Source of the DNA: Ginsengibacter sp. | GTDB taxonomy: Bacteria > Bacteroidota > Bacteroidia > Chitinophagales > Chitinophagaceae | NCBI GenBank assembly: GCA_039921585.1 | Contig: JBDSBN010000376.1 | Span: 1-49,388 of the forward strand | DNA length: 49,388 nt | Direction: 5' to 3' | Shown: positions 10,525 to 19,609 of the stretch, piece after piece | Layout: each line of letters starts with the position of its first letter | How positions within the stretch are numbered: position 1 is the first letter of the stretch | Notes under the pieces: generated by a model | Databases searched by the model: none | Told to the model about the DNA's origin: nothing | Seen by the model: only the letters and a program-made list of their open reading frames with translations | Made by a program: the position numbers and the translations under genes

Positions 10525-12624
10525 TTAAAAAGCAATGACAAATGCACCCTGTTCTGAAACAGAATGAAAACGCAAAAATAACTCTTCGCACTCTTTTTTC
10601 CATTCACCAATTTTCCACATTGAATTGGAACTTGTGAAAATGATTTGCTCACACTCATAATAAGGCAATAAATCGGCTATTTTAATCTTTGGATTTTTTG
10701 TCAGGATAATATAATCTACTTTCAGTCTTTTGGGTAAAACAGGATGCATCAATGTGTCCAAAATGACAATACGTTTATCAAAAAATTTGTAAAAATTCCC
10801 GGAGGAGAAAAATACATCATTTTTGTAATCATTTTTATGAGCCTGTAATAATATGCGCGATGGTTTCAAGTGGAAATTATATATCAGCTTATTGCTCTGA
10901 ACTTCAGGATCTGCTATGAATTTATATTTGTTACCGTTAATAAAGTCCAGAGCATTTTGAGAAGGAATATTATAAACGATAATAGTTCGTTGATTAAATG
11001 CCTGCCATTTTTGATGAGTGATCTGAAGTACAAAAAGTAAAGCGAGAATAAGGCCTGTTTTTAAGGCAGCCTGATTCTTTTTTATTAACCAAAAACACAA
11101 GCAACAAAAGACTGTATATAATGTTAGCGTTGACCATACAGAAAGAGATACATTTTCCCAGAGGGCAAAAGGAAATGTATTGATGAATAATACAGACTTA
11201 TTCATTAGCCATAAAAATCCGGAAACAATATTCCCAATAAAATCAGCAATAACCGGAATGGGAGAAACACCAACCAAAGCGATTAAACCCCATAATGCCA
11301 CAGTCGCAAGTGGTATGGCGATAATGTTTGCAATGATAAAATAGATCGGAAGCTGATGGAAATAATAAAAACAAATAGGAATTGTCAAGATCTGGGCGCT
11401 TATTGAAACAGAAGCAATTTCCCAGGTATAATTCAGGATTTTATTTTTGAAATAAAACCAATTATTAATTGGTTTTTGTAAAATAACGATTCCCAAAACG
11501 GCCAGATAAGAAAGTTGAAAGCCTACATTCCAAAGCAAATAAGGATTAAAACATAAAAGCACAAAAGCCGATAGGGCAAGGGAATTAAATATGGAAGAAT
11601 TTTTCTGAAATAAAGAACCTGCTGCAATAAAACTAAACATCACAGCGGCTCGCATGACCGATGGCGGCGCTCCCGTTAAAAATGCAAAAAACCATAAGCA
11701 AAGGAGGATAATAATCGTACGTGTCGTTGTTGATCTTTTTAATAAAGGAATCTTCATGGCCATCCAATACAACAATCCATAAATGAGTGCCATATGCAAT
11801 CCGGAAATAGCGATCAAATGAACTACGCCTGCATTGCTATACGCTTGTACAAGATCTTTTTCCAGATCAACTCTATAGCCAATCAGCAATGCTTTTGCAA
11901 GACCAGATTGATTTGCTCCGGAAATGTATTTTTCAATTGTATTTATTGCATATTCCCGCGAATTAAATAGAGTGCTTTTAACAAATTTGGAATTGTTTCC
12001 TTTTAAAAGGACCCATTCATTTTTTCTCAAAAATACCTGGTGATAGATCTGTTGAAATGCGAGATGTTGTATGTAATCAAACTCTCCGGGATTTCCAGAG
12101 TTTTTGATTGGTTGTAATGGTTTATTTAAAAGAAGCCGATCTCCATATTTTAAATTTTTTGATAAAGGATCCTTTGCGAAATAAATAATGAATTCTCCGA
12201 TTACATTTTCTGCGGAGCTACCTCTATGAATACTTTCTACTCTCGCCAAAGCTTTGTACGATTTTGCTTTTTCTACGGGAGGTTCATTAAGATAAACGAC
12301 CAGTGTATTTTCTACAGTATATTTATTTCCATACCATTTTTTATGATTTCTAATATCTTTTTGAAACGTAACCAACATGCCAAGAACAACAACTAAAAAA
12401 GACAAAATCATTCCTCGCAGAAAGGAGGTTTTGAATTTGTAATATCTTTTAAATAATCTGAAGGATAGAAAAAGAATTGCTGATGCAAGAAAACCAAAGA
12501 TCATATCCTGAATCGGAAAATCCAGATAATATTGTATAATAATACCACAAATGAAAGGGAGCACGATCCGGAGAAACGGAGCTTTTTTCCAGATATATAT
12601 TTTATACCTCCTTGACATAATCAT
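10525..12624 (-). CDS. comEC: ComEC/Rec2 family competence membrane protein
   Basis: NPGEFDY, HLIAISGLH, PSVMRA, GFQLSYLAV; many TM segments. Confidence 0.93.
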   Translation of the reverse strand: MIMSRRYKIYIWKKAPFLRIVLPFICGIIIQYYLDFPIQDMIFGFLASAILFLSFRLFKRYYKFKTSFLRGMILSFLVVVLGMLVTFQKDIRNHKKWYGNKYTVENTLVVYLNEPPVEKAKSYKALARVESIHRGSSAENVIGEFIIYFAKDPLSKNLKYGDRLLLNKPLQPIKNSGNPGEFDYIQHLAFQQIYHQVFLRKNEWVLLKGNNSKFVKSTLFNSREYAINTIEKYISGANQSGLAKALLIGYRVDLEKDLVQAYSNAGVVHLIAISGLHMALIYGLLYWMAMKIPLLKRSTTTRTIIILLCLWFFAFLTGAPPSVMRAAVMFSFIAAGSLFQKNSSIFNSLALSAFVLLCFNPYLLWNVGFQLSYLAVLGIVILQKPINNWFYFKNKILNYTWEIASVSISAQILTIPICFYYFHQLPIYFIIANIIAIPLATVALWGLIALVGVSPIPVIADFIGNIVSGFLWLMNKSVLFINTFPFALWENVSLSVWSTLTLYTVFCCLCFWLIKKNQAALKTGLILALLFVLQITHQKWQAFNQRTIIVYNIPSQNALDFINGNKYKFIADPEVQSNKLIYNFHLKPSRILLQAHKNDYKNDVFFSSGNFYKFFDKRIVILDTLMHPVLPKRLKVDYIILTKNPKIKIADLLPYYECEQIIFTSSNSMWKIGEWKKECEELFLRFHSVSEQGAFVIAF

Positions 12625-12875
12625 CCAAAAATTTAAAAACTCAATAAAAGCTTTTAAGCGATTTGTAACTTCAAGTCAGGTGTTGATTAAAGGCCGTTCA
12701 ATTATAATATGAATATACTATTTTTATAGAAACAGAACTCACTGTTTCTGGGCTTCCCAAATCAGCTTTGCTTTTATTCTTACACTTACGATTTTTTTTG
12801 AAATGGTAAAAGAATAAAAAATATTTTGCCGTTTAGAATTTCTACCACATCTTTGCGCCAGTTCTTTGTGATTCA

Positions 12876-12983
12876 TTTATCAAGAAAGACAGAGGGATAT
12901 GGCCCGATGACGTCTTGGCAACCAAAATGTAGCAATACATTTAAGGTGCTAACTCCATCCCACAGAAATGTGGGGCAGATAAC
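12876..12983 (+). ncRNA. SAM-I (S-box) riboswitch aptamer
   Basis: TTATCAAGAAAG..GAGGGA..GGCCCGATGA..GGCAACC..AAGGTGCTAACTCC..GATAA, P1 TTATC/GATAA, upstream of methionine-pathway genes. Confidence 0.93.
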
Positions 12984-13032
12984 AGATTCAAGTTTTAATT
13001 TTAATCTTTGGCTAATCGCCAATAAATATATT

Positions 13033-13066
13033 AACTCACCTGTCTCTGCCGGGTGAGTTTTTTTTT
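13033..13066 (+). terminator. Leader terminator associated with the SAM riboswitch
   Basis: AACTCACC-TGTCTCTGCCG-GGTGAGTT followed by a T run, between the aptamer and the first CDS. Confidence 0.75.
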
Positions 13067-13185
13067 GTCCCTGATCAAGACAAATAAATACTCCCGGCAG
13101 AAAGTACAGTCCGATCTTCTGCTCTTTTTTGATAGGTTAATTGAAAGAAGAATTATTTATTCTTACAAATTTTAAAATCAACGAA

Positions 13186-14358
13186 ATGAGCAACGCAACA
13201 CAATTATTACACAGCATACCCTCTGATCCATTAACAGGTGCTATTTCGGTGCCCATTTATCAAACATCCACTTTTGTGCAGGATGCACCAGGTGAAAATA
13301 AAGGTTATGATTATGCACGCACGGGAAATCCGACCCGTACCGTTCTTGAAACATTAATAGCAGATTTGGAGAATGGATCTACAGGTATTGCATTTGGTAG
13401 CGGCCTGGCAGCGATTGATGCTGTGGTAAAACTATTATCTGCGGGCGATGAAATCCTCGCCGTGGATGATATCTATGGTGGTGCCTTCCGTTTGTTCACA
13501 CATATTTATGAGAAATTTGGTATTAAAGTGAACTACGTAGATACGACCAAAATAGAAAATGTCGTGGATGCGATCACTTCAAAAACAAAATTGATCTGGG
13601 TGGAAACACCAACGAATCCAACACTGAAAATCTCAGATATTAAAGCAATCGGTGAAATTGCCAAAGCAAATAATTGTCTGTTTTGTGTAGATAATACATT
13701 CGCTTCTCCCATTTTACAGAAGCCTCTGAACCTTGGAGCGGATATCGTGGTGCATAGTGCGACCAAGTATTTAGGCGGACACAGTGATCTGATAGCAGGT
13801 GTCGTAGTTACTAAAACAGAAGAACTGGGTGCAAAAATAAAATTCATTCAAAATGCAAGTGGTGCTATCCTTGCTCCTTTTGATTGCTGGCTGGTGATAC
13901 GCGGATTGGAAACATTGCATTTACGCATTAAACAACATTGCGCCAATGCGCAGGTTATTGCAGAGTTTCTGGAGAAACAACCCGAAGTAAAACAAGTGTT
14001 TTATCCGGGTCTATCAACTCATTTAAACCATGAGATTGCAAAAAAGCAATCCACTGGATTTGGCGGGGTTGTTGCCTTTTCATTAAAGGAAGATACAATC
14101 GAGGCAGCAAAAACATTTGTGACAAGTACTCAATATTTTAAATTAGCAGAAAGCCTGGGAGGAGTGAAATCCCTTCTTTGTCATCCTGCAACTATGACGC
14201 ATAAAAGCATACCTGATGAAACAAGAAAAGCCGCTGGTGTATGTGACGGTTTGATTCGTTTATCTGTTGGTGTGGAGGAAGTAAACGACCTGGTAGAAGA
14301 TTTGAAAAATGCCCTGCAAAAAGTGAGTGCTAAAAAAGGTATCCTTGAGCTGGTGTAA
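13186..14358 (+). CDS. PLP-dependent trans-sulfuration enzyme (cystathionine gamma-synthase/lyase, MetB/MetC family)
   Basis: PIYQTSTF, YARTGNPT, ETPTNP, VDNTF, HSATKYLGGHSD (PLP Lys), ESLGG, IRLSVG. ATG at 13186. Confidence 0.93.
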   Translation: MSNATQLLHSIPSDPLTGAISVPIYQTSTFVQDAPGENKGYDYARTGNPTRTVLETLIADLENGSTGIAFGSGLAAIDAVVKLLSAGDEILAVDDIYGGAFRLFTHIYEKFGIKVNYVDTTKIENVVDAITSKTKLIWVETPTNPTLKISDIKAIGEIAKANNCLFCVDNTFASPILQKPLNLGADIVVHSATKYLGGHSDLIAGVVVTKTEELGAKIKFIQNASGAILAPFDCWLVIRGLETLHLRIKQHCANAQVIAEFLEKQPEVKQVFYPGLSTHLNHEIAKKQSTGFGGVVAFSLKEDTIEAAKTFVTSTQYFKLAESLGGVKSLLCHPATMTHKSIPDETRKAAGVCDGLIRLSVGVEEVNDLVEDLKNALQKVSAKKGILELV

Positions 14359-14428
14359 TTCGTATTTGTAATTCGTCTTTTTAAATTTTAATGAATTCTT
14401 TTAATAAAAAAATAAATAATAATATAAA

Positions 14429-15706
14429 ATGGGATATCATAAAAAATTGGTTTTAGGCATTTTTGGTTTTGGAGTTGTTGGTGAGGGACTTTATAAAGTA
14501 CTTAACCAAACGCCTTCCTTAAACGCCACTATTAAAAAAGTATGTATCAAAAACAGTAGTAAAAAAAGAAATGCTCCGTCAGAATTGTTTACGGATGATA
14601 AAAATACATTGTTGAACGATCCGGAAATAAACATCATTGTCGAATTAATTGACGATGCAGAAGCTGCTTTTGACATTGTTAGCACCGCCTTTAAGAATGG
14701 TAAGCATGTGGTTAGTGCCAATAAGAAAATGATTGCAGATAATCTGGAAGAACTATTGTATTTACAAGAAAAAACCGGATTGTCCTTTTTGTACGAAGCG
14801 GCGTGCTGCGCTTCCATTCCGGTGATTCGTAACCTGGAAGAATATTATGATAATGATCTTCTTCATTCGATTAGCGCCATTGTAAATGGCTCGACCAATT
14901 TTATACTCACAAAAATGTTTGAGGATAAATTGTCCTTTAAAGATGCATTGCTCCTTGCTCAACAATTAGGTTTCGCAGAAAGCAACCCAGTATTGGATGT
15001 GGAAGGGTTTGATGGGCTCAATAAATGGACTTTCCTTTTGACTCATGCATATGGTATTATATCCAAAAAAGATGAGTTGGTTTTCTCCGGGATTCAACAC
15101 ATAAATAGCGAAGATGCAGTTATGGCCGATAAAAAGGATTGTGTAATAAAACTCTCCGCTTATGCTAAAAAATTGAAAAACGGGAAAGTGGCAGCTTACA
15201 TATTACCTCAATTCGTGAAGAAGGAAGCCTTGCTTGCCTTTGTTAAGAATGAATATAATGGAGTAGTGATTGAAAGTTCTTTTGCTGATAAGCAATTCTT
15301 CTATGGCAAAGGCGCCGGAAGTTTCCCAACAGCATCAGCAGTAATAAGTGATATTTCCGCTTTGAGGTACGAATATAAATATGAGTATAAAAAATTGTAT
15401 CACCATACACCAAATGAGTTGACAAATGATTTTTATTTAAAAGTATATGTTGGATTTACAGATTGGGAAGATGTGCGAAAAGATGATTTTGAAAGCATCG
15501 AGGAGTGGCATTCTAATGATCAGATCAATTATCTGATCGGTGTGATTCATTTTGATAAACTGGCTAAAAGTGATTGGTGGAAAACCAATGAGGTTTCTCT
15601 TGTACTTACGGATGATCCAATCATTGAATCATTGGATGTTATTAAATTAAAAAAACGCAGCCTGGCATTAGCTGGTTTTAACGGCGGAAACGGGAAACCG
15701 GAATAA
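14429..15706 (+). CDS. hom: Homoserine dehydrogenase
   Basis: GFGVVG Rossmann motif, VVSANK, YEAA, NGSTNFIL, GFAESNP..DVEG.D, GKGAG..PTASAV. Confidence 0.93.
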   Translation: MGYHKKLVLGIFGFGVVGEGLYKVLNQTPSLNATIKKVCIKNSSKKRNAPSELFTDDKNTLLNDPEINIIVELIDDAEAAFDIVSTAFKNGKHVVSANKKMIADNLEELLYLQEKTGLSFLYEAACCASIPVIRNLEEYYDNDLLHSISAIVNGSTNFILTKMFEDKLSFKDALLLAQQLGFAESNPVLDVEGFDGLNKWTFLLTHAYGIISKKDELVFSGIQHINSEDAVMADKKDCVIKLSAYAKKLKNGKVAAYILPQFVKKEALLAFVKNEYNGVVIESSFADKQFFYGKGAGSFPTASAVISDISALRYEYKYEYKKLYHHTPNELTNDFYLKVYVGFTDWEDVRKDDFESIEEWHSNDQINYLIGVIHFDKLAKSDWWKTNEVSLVLTDDPIIESLDVIKLKKRSLALAGFNGGNGKPE

Positions 15707-15783
15707 CCGAAAATTCTAAAAGCAAATGATAACTATTGCGTACTTCTAAATAAAGTTTTAGAATTGTGATTGAAATTCATTTT

Positions 15784-15818
15784 AAATCCGGTCTCATAAT
15801 GGGCCCGGATTTTTTTTT
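15784..15818 (+). terminator. Intrinsic terminator after hom
   Basis: AAATCCGG...CCGGATTT followed by a T run. Confidence 0.75.
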
Positions 15819-15849
15819 AAGAAAAGAGAATCTTGATTTTAAAACTATT

Positions 15850-16311
15850 TTAAGTTCTGGGAGTCAAATTTTCGATATCATCCAAGTCCTTATGTCTGCC
15901 CGCTGCTTTCTTGGCTTGTAAAAGGTGTGTTAAGTGGATTAAACGAACTTTTAAATTTTCTATTTCTACTAAATTTGCGGCTAAGAAACTTTCATCAAAA
16001 TCAATACCTTTTACAGCGGTCATTATATCAATACTTCGAGGTGGTCTTCCAAAAGTGAATACATTTAGATCAGGATTATTCAAGAAGTTTTCCTCTGTCA
16101 TGTCAAAAACAGGCATTCCAAATGTTCCAAATGCTTTTACTAATCGGTGGTAATTTTCTTTTGTTTTATTTATCCAAATATCTAAATAACCTGTGGTTCT
16201 GGAATATCCATGAAGGATTACAGAATACCCTCCAACAAGCAGATATTCGACGTTATGCTTATTCAGTGATGAAATGAAATCTTGAAAATCTTCATTGAAA
16301 ATATTACCCAT
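15850..16311 (-). CDS. Small Pol-beta-superfamily nucleotidyltransferase (DUF6036-like)
   Basis: YLLVGGYSVILHGYSRTTG(Y)LDIW and AKKAAGRHKDLDDIENL. ATG at 16311 overlaps the upstream gene's stop. Confidence 0.82.
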   Translation of the reverse strand: MGNIFNEDFQDFISSLNKHNVEYLLVGGYSVILHGYSRTTGYLDIWINKTKENYHRLVKAFGTFGMPVFDMTEENFLNNPDLNVFTFGRPPRSIDIMTAVKGIDFDESFLAANLVEIENLKVRLIHLTHLLQAKKAAGRHKDLDDIENLTPRT

Positions 16312-16513
16312 TTCCTCTGGTTCTGATTTTGAAAAACGATTTATCCATTTTGGGAGGATTATTAATGTCAAAATTATAAGCAACACTATTCAGGTAATTA
16401 GCTGCCTGTAATCTCTTTTTGTACGTTTGAGACTTCCAGTAATTTAAATTATGAGAAGCTTCTTTAATAGATCGATGTTTAAAAGCTGTTCTGTCAAGTT
16501 TTTCTAACTCCAT
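16304..16513 (-). CDS. Small basic hypothetical protein coupled to the nucleotidyltransferase gene
   Basis: 69-aa ORF (LDRTAF...YWKSQTYKKRLQAA) overlapping the next start by 8 nt (ATGGGTAA). Confidence 0.75.
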   Translation of the reverse strand: MELEKLDRTAFKHRSIKEASHNLNYWKSQTYKKRLQAANYLNSVAYNFDINNPPKMDKSFFKIRTRGNG

Positions 16514-16777
16514 TTAATTTTTGTATGTTTCAACATGTTTGTCTTGCTAAAATACTTTAATTTTTTTTATGAATTGGAAGAGGAAATAAATCTTGTCAAT
16601 CTGTTATCAGTCTACCCTTCAAATGATGCTTTTAGTTTTATGCATTCCCTATAATTTTTTGAATAAAATCAAATTAGTTACATCTGGGTCTTATTCTCAT
16701 TTCTGGTTTAAAATATCTCATTTTTTAAAGGGATGTTATTAAATAAGGCATTAATTTGTATTTCTAAACAAGTGCAT

Positions 16778-18721
16778 ATGAAAAAGGTACTTCTGCTTAT
16801 TTTTTCAATCATCTTTTTTTCAGGAATGAAAGGCGTGGCTCAAAAAGCACCCATGGAGGAATTGAAAAAACGAATCAATGCACTTCCGAATGATACGGCC
16901 AGGGTATACGCTTATGTAGATTATGCAATGGAATTGGAAAATATCGATCTTGATTCTGCCGAATTATATTACCAAAAGGCTGCCGCCTTGAGTGAGCAAT
17001 TGAACTTTTATATGGGTAGAATCCGGTATGCCCTTAATTATACCGCCGTCCTGAATATGCAGGGAGAACTACAGAAATCAAAGGAGATTAGTCAGTGGAT
17101 CTTAGCTCTCACAATCCAAAAAGCAGATACCTTAAACAGGGCAAAAGCACACAATAATCTTGCGAATGCATATAATTTTATGGCAGTATTTGATTCTGCT
17201 TTTCATCATTATGTCCAATCGGCTAATTTTTTTTCCGCCATTAAGAGAGAGGAACACCTGCACATTTTATACAGCAATATCGCCATGGTGTTGCACAATT
17301 TGCTACGATATGATAAGGCGATTGATTATAACCGAAAATCTGTTGAATATTCCATCAAGGCAAAGGATAGTTTACAACTTTCTTCTTCGATAGTAAATCT
17401 TGCTACTGTGTATTCTACGCTTGAACAGTTTGATAGTACTGAAAATCTTTTAAAGAAAGCTATCCCTTATTTGGAAAAAACAGAGAGTCATTATCCTTTA
17501 TCCGCCGCTTACATTGCTCTTGGGAACGCGCAATCCAAATTAAAGAATTATCAGAAAGCCAAAGAAAGTTTTTTAAGATCCATCCAAAATGCGCAGGCCA
17601 TTAACTATTCACAAAATATGGCTATCGCGTATAATGGCCTGGCGATGATTCATTATCATCAAAATTCATACAATAAAGCAGACGAATATTCAGATGACGC
17701 GCTGCGGTATATAGACTTTTCCCAGGGAGCTGATCTGTTACAGCTCTACAAATTGAAAGCGGGTATTAAGGCAAAACTTGGTGACCATAGCAAGGCATAC
17801 AATTATCTTATCGATTATATTGAACTGAATGATTCTATAGCGGGAATGTCTACCCGAAGAAATGTATCGGAACTGGAAGAGAAATACCAGGCGGCAAAAA
17901 AGGATAAGGAGATTCTTCAAAAACAATTACTACTTGAAGAAAGCAGGGATAGTCTCAAACAAAGAAATATCTGGTTATTCATCGCTTTGATCGTTGTTTT
18001 GCTGTCAGCAACCATTGCCTTTAACTATTATCGTTTTTATAAACAAAAACAAAAGCTGTATGCCAAAGAATTAATTACATTACAGCAGCAGCAGGAGTTA
18101 GAACGCCTGCAAGCCGGACTTGATGGTCAGCAATCAGAACGGAAGCGTATCGCCGCGGAAATGCATGACGAGCTTGGCTCCGGACTTACGTCTATTTTAT
18201 TTATGGCAGATAGCGCATTGAATAATGAGCATAAAATTTCTGAAAATATGCCTAAAATAGCTGAAGCCGCCCGGGGAGTGATGGATAATATGAATGAAAT
18301 AATCTGGAGTATGAATTCGGAATATGATTCATTGGAAGACCTGGTATCCTATATCCGTCACCACTCTGTAGAGTTTCTCTCACAGGTGAATATGCCCTAT
18401 CGTTTCCAAATTCCGGATGAGATCCCCTTTGTAGATATACCGGGAGCCCATCGCCGGAATATTCATCTGGTCATCAAGGAAGCCCTTCATAATATTATTA
18501 AACATTCAAAAGCAAGCATGGTGGAAATGGATTTCTCATTTGATGATCAGCTTCAAATATTGATTGCTGATGATGGAGTCGGGATCAATGAAGATGATGG
18601 CAAAAAATTTGGAAATGGATTAAAAAATATGAAGCGAAGGATGGAAGACATTGGTGGATCCCTGGATATTAAACGTGAAAATGGAACAGGAATTCTGCTT
18701 TCATTGCCGCTGTCTGTATAA
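16778..18721 (+). CDS. TPR-repeat sensor histidine kinase (HisKA_3 type)
   Basis: Signal peptide MKKVLLL..., TPR-like repeats, one TM helix, ERKRIAAEMHDELG, KEALHNIIKHS, DDGVG, GNGLKNM. Confidence 0.93.
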   Translation: MKKVLLLIFSIIFFSGMKGVAQKAPMEELKKRINALPNDTARVYAYVDYAMELENIDLDSAELYYQKAAALSEQLNFYMGRIRYALNYTAVLNMQGELQKSKEISQWILALTIQKADTLNRAKAHNNLANAYNFMAVFDSAFHHYVQSANFFSAIKREEHLHILYSNIAMVLHNLLRYDKAIDYNRKSVEYSIKAKDSLQLSSSIVNLATVYSTLEQFDSTENLLKKAIPYLEKTESHYPLSAAYIALGNAQSKLKNYQKAKESFLRSIQNAQAINYSQNMAIAYNGLAMIHYHQNSYNKADEYSDDALRYIDFSQGADLLQLYKLKAGIKAKLGDHSKAYNYLIDYIELNDSIAGMSTRRNVSELEEKYQAAKKDKEILQKQLLLEESRDSLKQRNIWLFIALIVVLLSATIAFNYYRFYKQKQKLYAKELITLQQQQELERLQAGLDGQQSERKRIAAEMHDELGSGLTSILFMADSALNNEHKISENMPKIAEAARGVMDNMNEIIWSMNSEYDSLEDLVSYIRHHSVEFLSQVNMPYRFQIPDEIPFVDIPGAHRRNIHLVIKEALHNIIKHSKASMVEMDFSFDDQLQILIADDGVGINEDDGKKFGNGLKNMKRRMEDIGGSLDIKRENGTGILLSLPLSV

Positions 18722-18763
18722 CCTTTGTTATACGGTTTCAAATTAAAACGGGTTTTATTTTTA
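18716..18763 (+). promoter_or_regulatory. Palindromic operator plus -7-like element upstream of the response regulator
   Basis: GTATAAC-CTTT-GTTATAC (18716-18733). TATTTTTA begins at 18756, 40 nt after the palindrome start. Confidence 0.6.
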
Positions 18764-18767
18764 CAAT

Positions 18768-19406
18768 ATGCAACAATTAATTTCTGTCAGTATAGTAGAG
18801 GATTTTCCCGATATCCGTGAAGGACTGGAAGAAATATTCAAACATTCTGATGAGTTTTTATTATTATCATCCTATGAAAACGCGGAGGATGCGGTAAAGG
18901 ATTTGCCGGTAGCTAATCCGGATATCGTGATCATGGATATTAATTTACCCGGCATGAATGGTATTGAGTGCATTAAAAAAGTGAAATTGATTTGTCCAAA
19001 AATGCAGTTTATGATGTTTACTATTTACGAAAATCATGAGCACGTATTGGAAGCATTATCGGCCGGAGCAAGCGGTTATTTATTAAAGAATACGCCCTCC
19101 CAAAAAATAAAAGAATCTGTTACGGAATTGTATGAAGGTGGTTCGCCGATGAACAGCCATATAGCCCGAAAATTAGTAGCCACTTTTCAGCAAAAACCGG
19201 GAAGTGATACTCAACGGGAATTCAATATTTCAAACCGTGAACAGGAAATCTTACAACTACTTGCCAAAGGGTATTTATACAAAGAGATTGCCCTGCAATG
19301 CGGAATCAGTACCGGTACAGTTAAACAACATATCCATAAAATTTACGAAAAATTGCATGTGCAAAATCGCACAGAAGCATTGAATAAAATGTTCGGCTCT
19401 CCATAA
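18768..19406 (+). CDS. NarL/LuxR family response regulator
   Basis: REC domain (IVED, MDINLPGMNG, GYLLK) and LuxR HTH (SNREQEILQLLAKG..YKEIA..STGTVKQHI). Confidence 0.95.
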   Translation: MQQLISVSIVEDFPDIREGLEEIFKHSDEFLLLSSYENAEDAVKDLPVANPDIVIMDINLPGMNGIECIKKVKLICPKMQFMMFTIYENHEHVLEALSAGASGYLLKNTPSQKIKESVTELYEGGSPMNSHIARKLVATFQQKPGSDTQREFNISNREQEILQLLAKGYLYKEIALQCGISTGTVKQHIHKIYEKLHVQNRTEALNKMFGSP

Positions 19407-19461
19407 ACGTCAATGAACAATTTCCTCTCATCATGAATTTCATGAAAGCAATATTGTTTTT

Positions 19462-19488
19462 AGGGACAGGCAGCGGTCTGTCCTTTTT
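19462..19488 (+). terminator. Intrinsic terminator after the response regulator
   Basis: AGGGACAGGC-AGCG-GTCTGTCCTTTTT. Confidence 0.7.
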
Positions 19489-19530
19489 GCATTCTGAACT
19501 ATTTCAGTGACAGTTTGCAATCTGTCACTT

Positions 19531-19578
19531 CTATAACTTTTGTTCTATTGCCTACCCCTTTTTTGAAGGATAATTTTG
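19531..19578 (+). promoter_or_regulatory. Second operator copy plus -7 element upstream of the OmpA-family gene
   Basis: CTATAAC-TTTT-GTTCTAT (19531-19548). TAATTTTG begins at 19571, again 40 nt after the palindrome start. Confidence 0.62.
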
Positions 19579-19609
19579 ATCTTAATTATTCAAATTAAAT
19601 TCTTTAAAA

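Noticed and set aside
12826-13056. 76-aa ORF in the met leader as a leader peptide
   Set aside because: TTG start, overlaps the whole SAM-I aptamer, and is not Met/Cys-rich.
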